Source of the DNA: Negaprion brevirostris
Lineage: Eukaryota
Assembly (NCBI GenBank): GCA_030324005.1
Contig: JARDVH010000124.1
Span: 39,714,488-39,778,487 of the forward strand
Length of the DNA: 64,000 bases
Direction: 5' to 3'
Shown: positions 24,976 through 39,400 of the stretch, in pieces
How the letters are laid out: each line of letters starts with the position of its first letter
How positions within the stretch are numbered: the first letter of the stretch is position 1
The notes under the pieces: generated by a model
Seen by the model: the letters and a program-made list of their open reading frames with translations, nothing else
What the model was told of the DNA's origin: nothing
The model's database searches: none
Program-made: the position numbers and the translations under genes

Positions 24976-26482
24976 CTTTATGATCTTGCTCCCCCCAATC
25001 TTTTAACCTGTTTCAGTGTTCAAATATTTCTTCTCCAAACTCTCTATTCCATCCTTTTATGCATTGCCTCATCCTTGACAACCATGTCTTCAGCTGCTAA
25101 GACCCATTTCCCTCCTTAAATCTCTGCTTCCTACTTCCCTCTCCAACTCCTTTAAGTTCCTTTTAAAGTCAACTCTTTGACCAGGTTTTGAGTTAACCCT
25201 AGTACTTGGGTTCCATCTGTGTTCTTGTGCAACTGTGAAACACTTAAGAACATTTTTACAGACAGACTGTACAGTATTAGTGTTTGCTGATTATAATGGA
25301 GAAGAGACACATTCTATGAATTTGAGCATTGGTGTACTATGAGGCCATGTAACACAGGAAACTATATAGATGCTGTATTTTGTTCCGGACAAATTCCATC
25401 AACGTTGATACAGAGGATACTGTCTCGCTGTGTATGAATGTCTTGTGTACTTTTGTTGTCTCTTTTGCATTTACTTGCACTCTTTTTTGCCCTCTATAGC
25501 TTCCTTTCTCATTTTTTCAGATTATTTATCTCCTCTAATTATCAATAAAACATAAGACGTTTTTTTTTGAAATTTATTTTTTGAAATTTAGTAGGGAGAG
25601 GACATGAGGCAGGCTTCTTAACTAAAGCTGAAGATAAGTGTGGGGAAGCATATGAATATAGTGCAATGCTGTCACTCTGCTTATGAGTCATGAAAGGAAA
25701 GTATGAATGCCATATACCTACTTTGCAGCTTAAAACTAGTTATGTGGTATTACCTTCCTGCAAGCATAGAAAATGTTGGCTGCGAATAAAATTTAGATAA
25801 ATTATCATTAAATACTCTGCACCATTTTGATTCTGTAAGCAATCATAGTAAATGGCTATCTTTAAACTTTAAATAAACTGATCACCAATGCATTCGTATT
25901 ACAACTGAATCAAAACTTGCCCTACTTGTTCTTTATTGCTGTACTGTCATATCCCTTATCACTTCCCAAATCATAGCTACATCTGATGTGAAGAAACTAT
26001 TAAAAATATATATAGACTATTAGCCTGATTTTTGCTAATCAGCAAAAAGAAAAAACAATGGTTGTCCATTGTAATCTGCGTGAATGTTTCCATTGCTGTG
26101 ACATTAAAACAATGCAAGTTCTTTTGTCACTTCTTTTGATTCATTTATTTTCCCACAATTTCTTCCTTTCATGTTCTTCCCTGGTTGGGCTCCATGAATA
26201 CACGTAGCTCCCTGGTACCTTGGCTGAAATGGTTTTGGGCAGAATTTTCCACGACGCCAGCAGCGGAATTCATGGTGGGCGAGGTCACTTAAATTGTCAG
26301 GAGGCAAAAAATGCTAAATTCCCCATCTGTACCTGAACAGGTGCCAGAGTGTGGCGACTAGGGGATTTTCACAGTAACTTCTTTGCAGTGTTAATGTAAG
26401 CCTATTTATGACACTAATAAATGAACTTTAAAAATCTTAAAACAAACTAGCTAACATATTTGAACTGATACTTTATTTCCAG

Positions 26483-26635
26483 GCCTTGCAGTACTTGAGG
26501 AAACTCTGCAATCATCCAGCCCTGGTATTGACTTCACAACATCCAGAATTCCAGCATATTATAGAACAACTTGCTGCTCAGAATTCATCTCTTCATGATA
26601 TTCAGCACGCTCCTAAACTTTCTGCTTTAAAACAG
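26483..26635 (+). CDS. BTAF1: BTAF1 coding exon
   Basis: ALQYLRKLCNHPALVLTSQHPEF...SSLHDIQHAPKLSALKQ. Confidence 0.95.
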
Positions 26636-28212
26636 GTATCGTCTGAAATTTAGTGCACCATCCTTTCTTTGCTCTTATGTTATATTGTGCTTGGGGTGAT
26701 TATTCATCCAGGCCACTTTGAAGTGCTGTTATATTATGTCTTTAAGAAAGTTTTAAACATCACAAGTATTTTTATGTGCAGATAGTTTTGAAAGCTGTAT
26801 GCCATAGAGTTGCTCACAGGATTTTTTTTTCCTCTTTTAATTACAGTCATATTCTCCATGCACACACTCATGCTTGCATTCACATTCATGTGCGCGTGCA
26901 CATACTAGTATACAACATTGCTTCATTAGTAATTTTGCCTTATTAATTTACTGGAGCGGTTTGGAAATTTTGATTATGTTCCACCTTTGTCTGGCTCTAC
27001 TTGTTTCCTTAACCTACATTCCAGCAACCTATCCACCCAACACATTTTATTCTGGGATCAGGATTGTCTGCTACAAACAGTACCTGCCCATTTTGATTAG
27101 CCAATTCTGATGCAGTGTTTTAATTATGTAAATGGTCATTGTAAATGACAAACAAGGTTGCATATTTGAATTGTTAACTTTTGTTTCTAGGCTTTAAAGT
27201 ACTTGGGGAACCTGCAATCATCTAGGTCATTTTCTCTGTGTAGCATTAAGCCTGCCAGTTTATCTTTTCAGCAAGAAAGGCACGTGGGTTTTATCTAAAG
27301 CCAGGGAAGAACTTCCACAGCTTAGGACCAAGCCAACTGAAGATATGGCCACCAATGGTGAAATGATCAAAATGAGCAATATGCAGAAATGTCAGAATTG
27401 GAAGAGTGCAGATATGATATATTGGATAGAAGCAGATTACAGGGATAGGGAGGACAAGGCTTGGAGAGATTTTTAAACAAGGATAAGAACTTTAAAATCG
27501 AGACAATGTAGGTTAAGCAGGCATGGAAATGATAGGCAAATGGAACTTGATGTGGACATGGACACGGATTGCAGAGTTTTGAATGACCATATGTTTATAG
27601 AGGGTAGAATATGGGAAGCCAGTCAACAGTATGTTGCAAAAGTCAAGGTAACAGGCGTGGATATTTCTGCAGCAGATGAGCTGAGTTAGGCATGAAACTG
27701 AACAGTGCTACAGAAGTGGGAATAGACAATGTTAGTGATGGTGCATAAAGATTTCATTCAGCTGGTATTCATTGCAGAATGCATTGCTAAAGTATCCACA
27801 TATCACGTGGAACATAGTGTCACAGGGTTTGTAGGGTCAAATGGTTGGTTTGTTCCTGTAATTTTTAATTATAAAATGAACTGACCCAAAGCAGTTCGCT
27901 TTATAATAGCGCGAGTTTCAAAGACTGAAGGCTGTAGACACTAGAGCTCTTAAGTCTTCAACATATTACATGGCACTCTTATTTCAATTTTCAGCTTGCA
28001 TTCAGGTTCTTTTGAAATTATACATTTACACTGTCAGGATTTCCTACACTGATTGTCCCTGCCCCTTGCCAATGACATGATGGGGTTACCTCGCGTTNNN
28101 NNNNNNNNNNNNNNNNNNNNNNNNNNNNNNNNNNNNNNNNNNNNNNNNNNNNNNNNNNNNNNNNNNNNNNNNNNNNNNNNNNNNNNNNNNNNNNNNNTCA
28201 TTATTTTTCTAG

Positions 28213-28424
28213 TTGCTGCTTGACTGTGGCCTTGGCAGTAGTGGAGCCTCAGAAAATGGTACGGAGTCTGTTGTAGCTCAACACCGAGTTCTCATTTTCT
28301 GTCAGCTCAAGAGCATGTTGGACATTGTAGAACATGATTTGCTTAAACCTCAGATGTCAAGTATTACTTACTTAAGATTGGATGGCAGTGTGCCTGCAGG
28401 CCAGAGACATTCCATTGTGGCAAG
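28213..28424 (+). CDS. BTAF1: BTAF1 coding exon (helicase C domain)
   Basis: LLLDCGLG...AQHRVLIFCQLKSMLDIVEHDLLKP...YLRLDGSVPAGQRHSIV. Confidence 0.96.
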
Positions 28425-28469
28425 GTAAGTAGGCTATCTAAGAACTGCATTTGTAATGATACTTAGCAT

Positions 28470-30125
28470 TTGATAAATTGCCACGTCAAACATTATTGCG
28501 GAAAATAAAAGCTCATGCTGTAAGGGGTAACACTTTAGCATGGATAGAAGATTGGCTGGCTGGAAGTAAATTAATAGGTCTTTTTCTGATTGGTATTTGA
28601 CTTGGGCCTGTACTGGGCTCTCAACATTTTACAGTTTCTGTCAATGACTTGGATGAGGGGAGCAAGGCATGGTAGCTAAATTTGCAGGTGACACAAAGGT
28701 AGATAGAAAATATGTTGTGAAGAGGACATGAGGTTGCAGGTGGACATAGATATGTTGAGTAAGTGGGCAACAATCTCTCAGATGGAGTATAACGCAGGAG
28801 AATGTGAAGTTATTCGTTTTGGCAGGGGGAATAAAAAACAGTATTAATTAAATAGAGAATGGCTGCAGAATTCAGAAGTGCAGAGAGATCTAGATGTTCT
28901 GGTGTACGAGTCACAAAAAGTTAGAATGCAGGTACAAGAAAGGAGATGTACGGAATACTTTCCGTTATTACGAGAAGAATTGAACATAAAAGTAGGGATG
29001 TCCTGCTTCAGTTATACAGGTGAGTTGGTGAAACCACATCTTGAAATCTTTGAGCAGTTTTGGTCTTATTTTGCAAAGGATAGAAATGCATTGGAAGAAG
29101 TTCAGAGGTTTACCAGATTAATACCTGGAATGAGCGGTTGTCTTATGAGGATAGGTGGGGCTTGTTTCCACTGGAGTTTAGAAGATTCAGGGGTCATTTG
29201 ATTTAAGTGTGTAAAATGCTGAATAGTCATAAGGTGGATGTGGAAAGGATGTTTCCTTTTGTGGATGAGTCCAGAACTAGAGTGCAGGAGGGAATTTGGG
29301 ACCAAAAATGACTAACAGTCAGAGTGAATAAAGTATATAGAAGTCTCCAGTGCCTGGAGAATATTTTAGAGACACATATAGTAACTTAAAAAACTTAAAC
29401 ACATGTTTTTATATATATTCCGTATTTAAAATGTACACTATGACCAACTATAGAATGCCCAGAGGCATAATGGGATAAAGCTGAGTAAGATGAGCCACAT
29501 TTTTTAAAAGCAATACAGCCAGAGAGTACAGTCTTTATCAGTATGGACTCCAGATAGACCTGGAGTTCTCAGACAAGCAAATGAATAGGTCTTGCATTAC
29601 ACCAGATAAAAATTGTCTAGTACACATCATAAGAGAAAGGAAACTTTTGAACTTTCTGGATTTGCATAATAGGTTGTCAGGAGACAGTGGGTGGAAATGC
29701 TGGACTTTCCAAACCTAGTATTCTCAGCTTACCAGAAGATGGAATGCCATTGGCCAAGAAAAATGACTTGTACTAAAATGATTGGCTCATCCAGTTTGAA
29801 TAAACAGAATGGGCGAGGAAATGATTTCTGGAAAAAATATATTCTCATGTAATTTACTGATTTGGAACAGCCCCAAAATCACCCTCCAGTGTTGCTGACC
29901 AGGTGATAAAGATACGTAAACTGGGGCATTGTTTGAAAATTATGGGTTGCCCTTTTAGAACACAAAAGGTGATAGAGGCGGTCATTGAATATTTTTAAAA
30001 CCATTAATGATAGGCAAGCGAGTTAAAGGTTATTGGGAGTGGATGGGAATGTGAAATTAGGAACACAAACAGATCAGCTACAATCTTAGTGGTGCAGCAA
30101 TTCCAAGGGGCTGAATGGTCTACTA
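28470..30125 (+). mobile_element. CR1 LINE, 3' portion with an internal interruption
   Basis: AKFAGDTKV, QMEYNAGECEVIRFG, QRDLDVLV, LVKPHLE motifs; CR1 tail at 29930-30120. Confidence 0.8.
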
Positions 30126-30559
30126 TTTTATATAGTCTGCTATGGTTAAGTACAGTATATTCTGCAATAGGCCACTTGGACCAGATGACTCCAGTGATGA
30201 TAGCTTATTGTTTCAGCAATGAAGACAAGGGAAGAGATAGATCAACAAGGATTCCCACTCCTATCATGTGGCTCATGTGGGGAGAGTGAGTGAGGAGGAA
30301 CTGAACTACTGTTTGAAAGACACGATACAGTCCAGCCTCAAGCAAAAAGGATGGCTACTTGTCATACCAAAAGACTGGTACAACCTGTAGCAAACATCAC
30401 CTTCCGGAGATGTGGGACTGGTGACTGAGGAATAATGTAGAGAAACCAATAGTAACTTGAGTTCCAGTTCACTTTTAGCATCTAGTAATGTAATAGAATT
30501 ATCTGAGATAGCTTGTGAATGTAGCATGAAGTACACTTTGAATTATAAATATTAATTGA

Positions 30560-30820
<261 letters not shown>

Positions 30821-32291
30821 TAATTGTTTAAGACATTGTAGGTTATTTTCTTTTACCTAAAGTGCACTTTCAGTGGGGGAAAATAGTGGTAATGTCAATG
30901 AACTAGTATTCCAGGGGCTAGACTAGTGCTCAGGAGTCAGGGATTCAAATCTCACCATGGCAGCTTATTCAATAAATAAATCTGGAATTGAAAGGGCAAC
31001 ATGCTGGTCTTGCCAACAACACCCACTTCTCATGACAGAATCTTAAAGGCCCAGAGTTTGCACGATGACAAAACTGTCAATATTTGCCGTCAGTGCTTCA
31101 CCTGAAATTGACAGCCACTTCAGGAGTTTGAAGGAGCACAGAATCCAGAAATTGCTGAGAGTATGTGTTTTTCCTAGGGTGCACTGTCGTCCATTTCAAT
31201 CATGAACTGACAAGAGCTCTCACTTCTATATTATTTAATCTCACTCTGTAATTAGGGTTTTGCCCCATTGAGTGTGGTATAGATGGGTTTTTAACGGCAC
31301 ATTTTCTTCATAATTACCACTAAATACTCTTCCTGACCCTAATTTTATATTTGTGAAATGTCATTCTTTTATTATGCTGAGTCAGCATCCTGGAACTCCC
31401 TATCAGCACTGTGAGTGTGCTACACCACATGGACTGCAGCAGCTCACCTCCAAATTCAAGAGGGCAGTTGAGGATTGGCAATATATGCTGGACTAGCGAC
31501 ATCCCGTGAACGAATATTTAAAAAATGCAGCCTAGATCAGTGGAGCTGAAGTCATTAGTGACATTGGAGAGTGCTTTCCCTACCAAATCAACTATCACCA
31601 AGGTTCCCCACACAAAACTTTTATTTATAATTTCAAGCACAAGTCTTAAGAAAATACCAGAACTAATATTTCAAATTAGGGACACAACGTTATTATATTT
31701 AGCTTTCAGATGTTTATAATATTTTTGTTACAAAGCTATAAGTGTCACCTAACTCAGCTCCATAAATAATGTTACATATTTGGTTGATTATGGCTGAGGA
31801 AATGTTTTCCTTTTTGGTTGTAACTGTGCTGTTTGCTTGAATGTGCTGACTTTGGCCTACCTCGACCAACTTTCCACTGAATACAAGTAAAATTGACAAA
31901 AAATAGTCCATAAACAAAGAAGATGCTCAAAACATCCTTAACTTAACTTTTTGCATTGGAGGGTATTGCAGATGAAAGCATTTAAAAGGAATAAAATAAA
32001 GGGAAGTTGGGAGGAAAGACAAGAAAATTATAGTTAACTGTAAAGTGCCTAAATGGAAAATAGGGATTGGTTTTTAATAACTGAAACGATAGACATGAGA
32101 TAATATCAAGTAAGTAAAAGAAATTAGACATGACACAAGTTTTGAATGGCTCAGATGGGTGGGGGAGAGGACGGTATAAGATAAGTAGAAATAAAAGCAT
32201 GGAATTTGACAATTTATTGCCAGCTCTCATTCCAAGGAACCTGGGTGAAAAGTCACTTGAATTTTTAAACATGTTTTTCTTTATCTTACAG

Positions 32292-32462
32292 AAACGGGTT
32301 GTTAATGTTTATAGATTAATAACAAGAGGAACATTGGAAGAGAAGATCATGGGATTACAAAAATTTAAAATGAGTATTGCAAATACTGTCATTAGCCAAG
32401 AGAATGCAAGTTTCCAGAGCATGGGGACAGATCAGCTCCTGGATTTATTCACTCTTGACAAG
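32292..32462 (+). CDS. BTAF1: BTAF1 penultimate coding exon
   Basis: KRVVNVYRLITRGTLEEKIMGLQKFKMSIANTVISQEN...DQLLDLFTLDK. Confidence 0.96.
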
Positions 32463-32484
32463 GTGAAGTAGAAAAAGATTGAAT

Positions 32485-33350
32485 CCAAAGCAAAATACTA
32501 TGGGTGCTGAAAAACTAACAAAATAATGGAAGTACTCAAATCAGGCAGTATCTGTGAAGAAAGAAATCAGAGTTAATGTTTCATATTGATGACCTTTTTT
32601 CAGAACTTGGGGAAAAGTTAGAGATGTGATTTATTATTGTCACATGTATTGGTATATAATGAAAAGTAATGTTTCCTGCACAATACAGAAAGCATACACG
32701 TTCATAGAGAAAAAAGGAGAGAGTGCAGAATGTAGTGTTATAGTTGCAGCTAGGGTGCAGAGAAAGATCAATTTAATGCAAGGTAAGTCCATTCAAAAAC
32801 CTGCAGCAGGAATAAACTGTTCTTGAGTCAGCTGGTACATGTCTTTAGACTTTTGCATCCGGTTTTAAATGTAACATTTTAAATGTAACAGATTTTAAGC
32901 AATTACAGAGGCAGAGTGATGAGAGGTTAAATGATGAAAGGGATCATATTACAAAGCAAAGTGAGAATAATGGCAAAGAAACAAAAGATGGAGTTAGTGG
33001 CGATGAGTTGCTATTTTACCTGAAAGGTGTGTTTGGGGCTCTGGACATTGGGAATGCACAGACATGGGAAGGGGAGGGATTGTTGGGGGCTATTGAGGAA
33101 TGGATAGGGATGTTGTGAAAGAGAAATAGATCCTTTGGAATGCTGAATGGGGGAATGTGGTAGTAGTTTCAGGTAGGAATTGACATAAGTAGTGGAGAAT
33201 GATCCATTGAATGTGGATGCTGATATGGTGCTTAAGATAAGGACAATGGGAACACTTGCATTTCTAGCAGGGAAGGTACAGGATGGAAATGGGAAATAGA
33301 ACAAACAAGGTTGAGGGAGAGGAAAATTCTTGGGTGAGAGAAAAGGAAGA
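32485..33350. mobile_element. Penelope-like fragment
   Basis: Same terminal motif; - strand CTGAAAAAAGGTCATCAATATGAAACATTAAC at 32572-32603; purine-rich body on the + strand. Confidence 0.5.
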
Positions 33351-34756
33351 TACCTGTAGTTCCTTTGACAACTGCACCTTTAAATTGTACCAAGCCATTC
33401 AATTTCCTGCCAATACTGTACAGCTTAATGCCATATATTTCCATGGGGGTCCATAAGCATCTGATCATTGTTCCTAATCTGGTGCATAAAAGACTCCCAT
33501 TGGTGACATCATTAGAATGACAGACAGTGAAGAACCAGGCCTCCACAGATGTGAGAAAACAAGTCAATGTATTTTCTGGCAATTCTTTCAAAATGTAATA
33601 GAAGAGACACTTTGAACAAAACAGAGTATCTAGACCTTCCTTCAATTTCTATATGTTGTGGTGCAAAGAAGGAATAGAACTTGGATGATTCTACAATTCT
33701 TGTGTAATACCAGCGTAGACATTCCTAAGATATATTCAGGGTGTCTGTAAGATAGTTGAGATTGTCTTGTGCTTTATCACCATCTTCAGCAAAATAAAGT
33801 ACTTGCATTTCTTAAATGTTGACTGACTAAAAAGATTAAACTAATAGAGACTTTAAATGAACTAGGATGATTTGCATTAGGCCATAAATTAGCAGGAATG
33901 GAAATCTTTTAGTAATAATTTACATTTGGGTAAAAGATGATAGTTTGTCATGAGAAATTTTGAGCTTTACTTAGCTTTATTTTTATGGTGCTTTGAAGGG
34001 CAGGTATTCAACATAAATGTGTCCCCCCCCCCCCCCCCGCCTTAGCATTTTCACCTTTCTTTTTGAGTCTTGGGAGAGCGGTGTTGTACTGAGGTCTATG
34101 CTTTCTGTCCGCTGCTACTGTAGATCCATTGGAGACTGAGAATCTATTTTAGATGGAACTTGAAAATCATTTCACAACACAGTTGAATGTTGTGACACAT
34201 GCTGGTCAGGAAATTGCAAGGAGAAAGCAAGGAAAGAAGAAAGAAAATGTGTTTCTAAATATACATAGGTCTGAATTAATGGCAGTGTGTTATTAGTTTG
34301 ACTTGAATTCCCTCCAGCAAGTATTCTCATCTTTGAAGTAGTCAAAAAAAATCAGCGGTCAGAGGAGTGATGCTAGCTAATTTGCTCTTCGAGTCAGCAT
34401 GTACTCGATGGTCTACTCTGCTGTAACCATTCTATGATTCCAACGCTGATTCATTGCTGTTCTATGAAATAATGTGATGCCAAGGCACAGAAGAAAGCAT
34501 TCAATATAATGATAGAACCCAAAGCCTATGAACATTTCAATTTGTAGCACAGGGTCTCCAAAGAACAGAACACTTAAGTGTAAGCCTCCTCAATGAGGAC
34601 AGTCTACAGTCAACAATGCTCCTTGAAGTTTAAACTATCTTATGCTCTAATTGGAGAAATCCTGATCTACTTCCACTTGAATAAAGGATTGGGCTCCTTG
34701 TTGCTAAATGATTTGACAAAGAACCTTCTCTTCTGATTATACCTTTTTTTTTAAAG

Positions 34757-34897
34757 GATGGCCAGGAAGATAAAGGATCTAGTTCCACTGAGAAGCCTTC
34801 TGTAAAAGCAATCTTGGAAAACCTTGGAGAACTTTGGGATCAGCAACAATATGACACAGAATATAACTTGGATAATTTCATGCATTCGCTGAAATAA
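34757..34897 (+). CDS. BTAF1: BTAF1 terminal coding exon with stop codon
   Basis: DGQEDKGSSSTEKPSVKAILENLGELWDQQQYDTEYNLDNFMHSLK*; C-terminus matches recalled human ...ENFMHSLK. Confidence 0.95.
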   Translation, partial: DGQEDKGSSSTEKPSVKAILENLGELWDQQQYDTEYNLDNFMHSLK

Positions 34898-36445
34898 GAT
34901 GTACTTAACATAATTGCAGCTAAGCCGTGCGACAGGATTGTTCTGCTGATATTCAGCAAGCTTCAGCAATGTATAATGAAATGCTGAGGATAATGTGTAA
35001 ATACAGGCATTTGAAGAGGGTGAGCATAACGTGGATATTTCTAAAACCATTGTTTTAGAAAAAAATTAGAGCAAATAATCATCTTGGCTTAGTTATTTGC
35101 ACTGTTTTACAATTTTACATTTAGTCATTTATCCAGAGCAGATATACTTGAAGCAACATTCTTTGATGTCTTAGGAAACAAAGAACCTGTTCTTGAGGAA
35201 AAGATTTTCCTATAGTTAAGGAATTTTTGCCATTATGTGACATATGTATGATACAGTAACTTCTGTATTCAAGTACACAATCTGAATTTGATTGAAAACA
35301 CAGACCTCCTCCACTTTTTCCACAGTGGAAATTAATTCTTTGCTGCGTATTAGTGATAGCTTTCAATTTACTTGCAGATCTATGATTGTAGATGTTAAAT
35401 AGAAATAACTTTGTACTTGGATTTAAAAACAAAACTTCTGAAATTGAGTATTATGGTCCATGGCATTCCTTGGATTGAAAATAAAATTCAATTGAAAGAT
35501 CAAATTGCATGAATTTTAATGTTGATCTGCATCATTCACATGGACTATTCATAACTGAACAGTGGCAGTACATTTACAGCTGCAGTACTTTATGGTACAT
35601 GGTGCGTAATGGACAATTGATGCTAGGAAGCATAGAGAGTTAAAAATGACGGAATTTTATTTACAAAGTGGTGTTTGCCTCATGGCTGCTTCTTCACTCT
35701 GGCAGTTTCTCTTCTCGGATGGTGACCTGTGATGCCACTTTTGGTGAATACATGAATGTATTAATACAACTACTAAGAATCAATATGAATACATAACAGT
35801 ACAGATATCTGTATTAAATAATTTAAAGGATCACATTAAGTTTGTAATAGTAAAATTTATTAATTAAGTCAGAAATATTACAACTCCAGTTTATTTTAAA
35901 CTTCTCTCTAGTTCTGTTACTTTTAAGCCTATTGATTTAGAAATTTAATTACATTTGCTCTTTGCCTTAAGACAATTGTGGATGTTAAATAGATTCCTTT
36001 GTTCTTGGGTTTACCTAATACACTTGATCTTGATGTCTTGTGTACAACGGCATTGGTGATCATCTAGTGTTGCCTCAAAACGTTGCACTGAAGCTTCATT
36101 CGTGCCTTGTTCATTGTTTACACCCTTCTCAGCACCGACAATGAGCCAGTGTGTTAGTTTGATCTGGACTTAACTGGAGGTTAACCAAAGGTCTTTACAT
36201 TTATTACTGCAGAAATGTAGAGTATGTAAACTGAGTGTTTATGGTTTGTATGTTTGATACAGATGCTGTAACTGTTTCCAGTGTATTTTGGTCCCTGCAA
36301 AGAACAATTTGAACGTAACTTTCTTTGTATTTGGCAAAAAACTTGGTTATTGCTTTGTAAATCATGTAAAAGCAACTTGCAGATTTAATGTGATAAATTT
36401 CACACACTGGGATAAGCAATGAGAATAAAATGGCAGAGGAGGCTT
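34898..36445 (+). other. BTAF1: Probable BTAF1 3' UTR
   Basis: AT-rich and repeat-free after the stop; AATAAA at 35480-35485 and 36424-36429; TGTAAATA (Pumilio element) at 34996-35003; the 3' end is inferred. Confidence 0.6.
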
Positions 36446-36716
36446 TAAATAACTGGAAAAGTGGCAAAGCAGAGATATTTAGGGAGGGAACTTCAGGTAC
36501 AAAGAGCTGAAAACCCTAATTGTACTGGGCCACAGAGGGACATAGGCCACAGCCCTGGATATAGAGCTAGATTAGAGAAGGTTGCAGGAGTAGGGTAAAG
36601 AATGGTAATTAAGGGATTTCCTGATGTGAGCAAAGATTTTGATTTAAATCTCAGGAGATGGCAAGCATTGTATCTATACTTGCCAACCTCTTTAAAAAAA
36701 AAACACATGGAACACA

Positions 36717-39400
36717 GAGTGGAATTTAACAGAGGCCCATAGATCAGGAACCGGAACAGAGGGGTGTTCCATTTTGGCAGCTGTGTCAGGAACTCTGGGC
36801 CAAATTATGTGGATGAGGAGACAGTGATCCCATATGCAGGAAGGCAATTGAGCTTGATGAGGTAATTGTCCATTTGCATGCCTCTGACATTAAATCTTAG
36901 CTTCTGAATTCAACATACAGGNNNNNNNNNNNNNNNNNNNNNNNNNNNNNNNNNNNNNNNNNNNNNNNNNNNNNNNNNNNNNNNNNNNNNNNNNNNNNNN
37001 NNNNNNNNNNNNNNNNNNNNNAATTCAACATACAGGGGTCAAACCTTGTCATACCTAGGTGAGGCCTCATTCTTGGGGAAAGGTCAGCCATTGTGGAGTT
37101 GCGTTCCATTGGAGTTGAAATTTTCAAAAGGAGAGAGAGGTCAATGAATTCTTAAGCTGTGATGCAGTTCAGAGGAGCTGTGGGGTAGTTGAGACGGGCA
37201 TAGTGGAGGTGCAGTTAGAGATGCAGAGAGGTAAAGCTGCCAAGCTGAGAGCTCAGGCAGAGCTAAAAAGCTCGTGCTTTGACAAGGCTTGGAGCGAATT
37301 CACTTCTAGAGCAGATGCCAGTAAAGTGGGTAGTGGATAATTCGATTCATCCAGTCTTTCTAGACCTGGAGCAGTGAAGAGGGAGTGTGAGCCAGGTGCT
37401 AGAGGCACCAAGGCTGGCACAACAGCAGCAATAAATGAAGTCTGGATAGATGGGTTGCAGAGAGACACTTTCAGGAAAGGCAGCAGGAGCATGTCCAAAG
37501 ATGGTTGTGGCAGGGGTCTCGTGGACTGTCCTCAGATGTCAGAGTGCTAGAGAAGATGGTCGCAGGTCATCCTGTAGCAATGGGACTGCATGGGAACCTA
37601 GTACCAGCAGCACTGAAAGTCACCACAGTGCTGAATTTCTACAAATTTTGGCTCCTTCCAGGGATCCACCTAGGACGTGTGTGGCATTGAGGAGGTGACT
37701 GATGTCCTGTTTGTGAGCTGGAGACTTTGTGCACTACTACATTTGACCCTGATGAGCCACAAAAAAGGAGTGTTGGCTTTAATGCCATTAGAGGTTTTCC
37801 ACAGGTCCAGGGAAAATCAGTCGCACCCATGTGGACATCTAAGATCCACTGGACCAAGGTGTGCCTTCATAAACAGGAATGGCTTCTATCTAAACATCAA
37901 ACTGGTATGTGACCACCAAACATGCATCCTGCAGTATGTACTCACTTTCCAGAGAGACTTATGCTTTGGCAGTCCTAGATGCCACAGTTCTTCCATGCAC
38001 ATCTCTAGCAATGGATCCTTGGTTACTTCCTTGAAACGTGGCTTCTGAAGTTAAGGAACCTTTGCACTGAACAGAACAATTCCTGCCAATGGTCCATTCA
38101 GGATTCAATTGGACAGACAATTGCCTACTTGAGATGCCATTACATTGTCTGGACCGTTCTGGAGGAGAGCTGTAACGTGTCAGCAAGAGTTTCCAGAATC
38201 ATGTGATCTCTGCAGCTTAGAACAGCAGAGGGTTCCATAGAACATGAAGACTCTTCTGACGAGGAGGAGGTAAAGCAGGCAGGACAGTTGAATGAGCTGC
38301 CTGTCTTCAAGAGATGCAACATGGAGTGTGTCATGATAGTAATTTACAGTCACTTCAAGCAGGCCTGCTGGCCAATCGGGCCACACTGCCTCTACATTTC
38401 ATCACACTTACTACATCCAATTCTTCTCCTAGACAGACTTTCATCTTTTTCATAGCTATTAATTCCTGGAATAAGTCAAGTGAAGTTTGTCGCTAGCAAC
38501 TTTGTAGCTTGAGGTACGCCATTCCACATTAAGCATAGCTCACCAGGAATGTCTTAGCACCAGCCATTGGTATGTTTGGAAGGATTTTGCAGGTTGACAC
38601 ACTCAACCTGTTCAACTATGTTATAACCAAGTCCTGGGGTTGGATTTGAACCAAGAGCTAGTGGCTTGGTGGCAGGGATGCTACCCACTGCACCTCAAGA
38701 CCCCCAACACTTAGTATTTATTAGTCCATTGACCAGCGTCATCAACAACCCAAATGCTGTGCCTTATCCACTCAGCCAGATAACATCTCTAAATCACCCC
38801 CTCGCCCACCATCACCACCTACAAATGGGCAGATGAGGGTCTATGGGTATACAATGCCAGACAGAAAATGCAGTTACTGAATAAAGAGCAAAGGAATAAA
38901 AACACAATTAGTAACATTCAAAATTTTAAGTATCTGTGTCACCCTGATGCATCTGGGTGCTTTTGCTAATGCACTTCCTAGTGCCCTGAGGTGCAACCCT
39001 GGCATCAGCAGTTGAGGCAAAGGCAAACCATTGATCATGATAGTAATTTACAGTCACTGTAAATGCCTTGTAACCTGAAATGATCACACAATTGTTGTGG
39101 CGCAGAAGAAAGCCATTTGGCCTATCTTGGTAATTGTCCTCTATTTACTCAAAGTCTGGAAGGCCCAGCATGCTGAGAAGGTGCATCTGCCTCTGGGGCC
39201 ACTGAGCACTGCCTGACCACCCTCAGTGCCTTGGATCAAGCCCATGATGCAGCAAAGTCTTTCTGCTTTGACCATTGGAGATGGAGGTGCACCTGGAGGG
39301 AAGTCCAGGCATCTAGTTGTCCTTCTGCCTCTCACTGTTGATTGAGTTCACGGCCAAGGTAATGGTTTGAGGGTCTGCCCACATATCTGGCAATCATTGA
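36717..39400 (+). mobile_element. Decayed PIF/Harbinger DNA transposon (HARBI1-like transposase pseudogene at ~37550-38330)
   Basis: Frameshifted peptides VPAALKVTTVLNFY, GFNAIRGFPQVQG, FINRNGFYLNIKLVCDHQTCILQ; start GAGTGGAATTT resembles the local MITE TIRs. Confidence 0.8.

Noticed and set aside
26636-26645. Second U12 intron (donor GTATCGTC)
   Set aside because: It deviates from GTATCCT, and its acceptor has an ordinary pyrimidine tract; the branch region is hidden in a gap.
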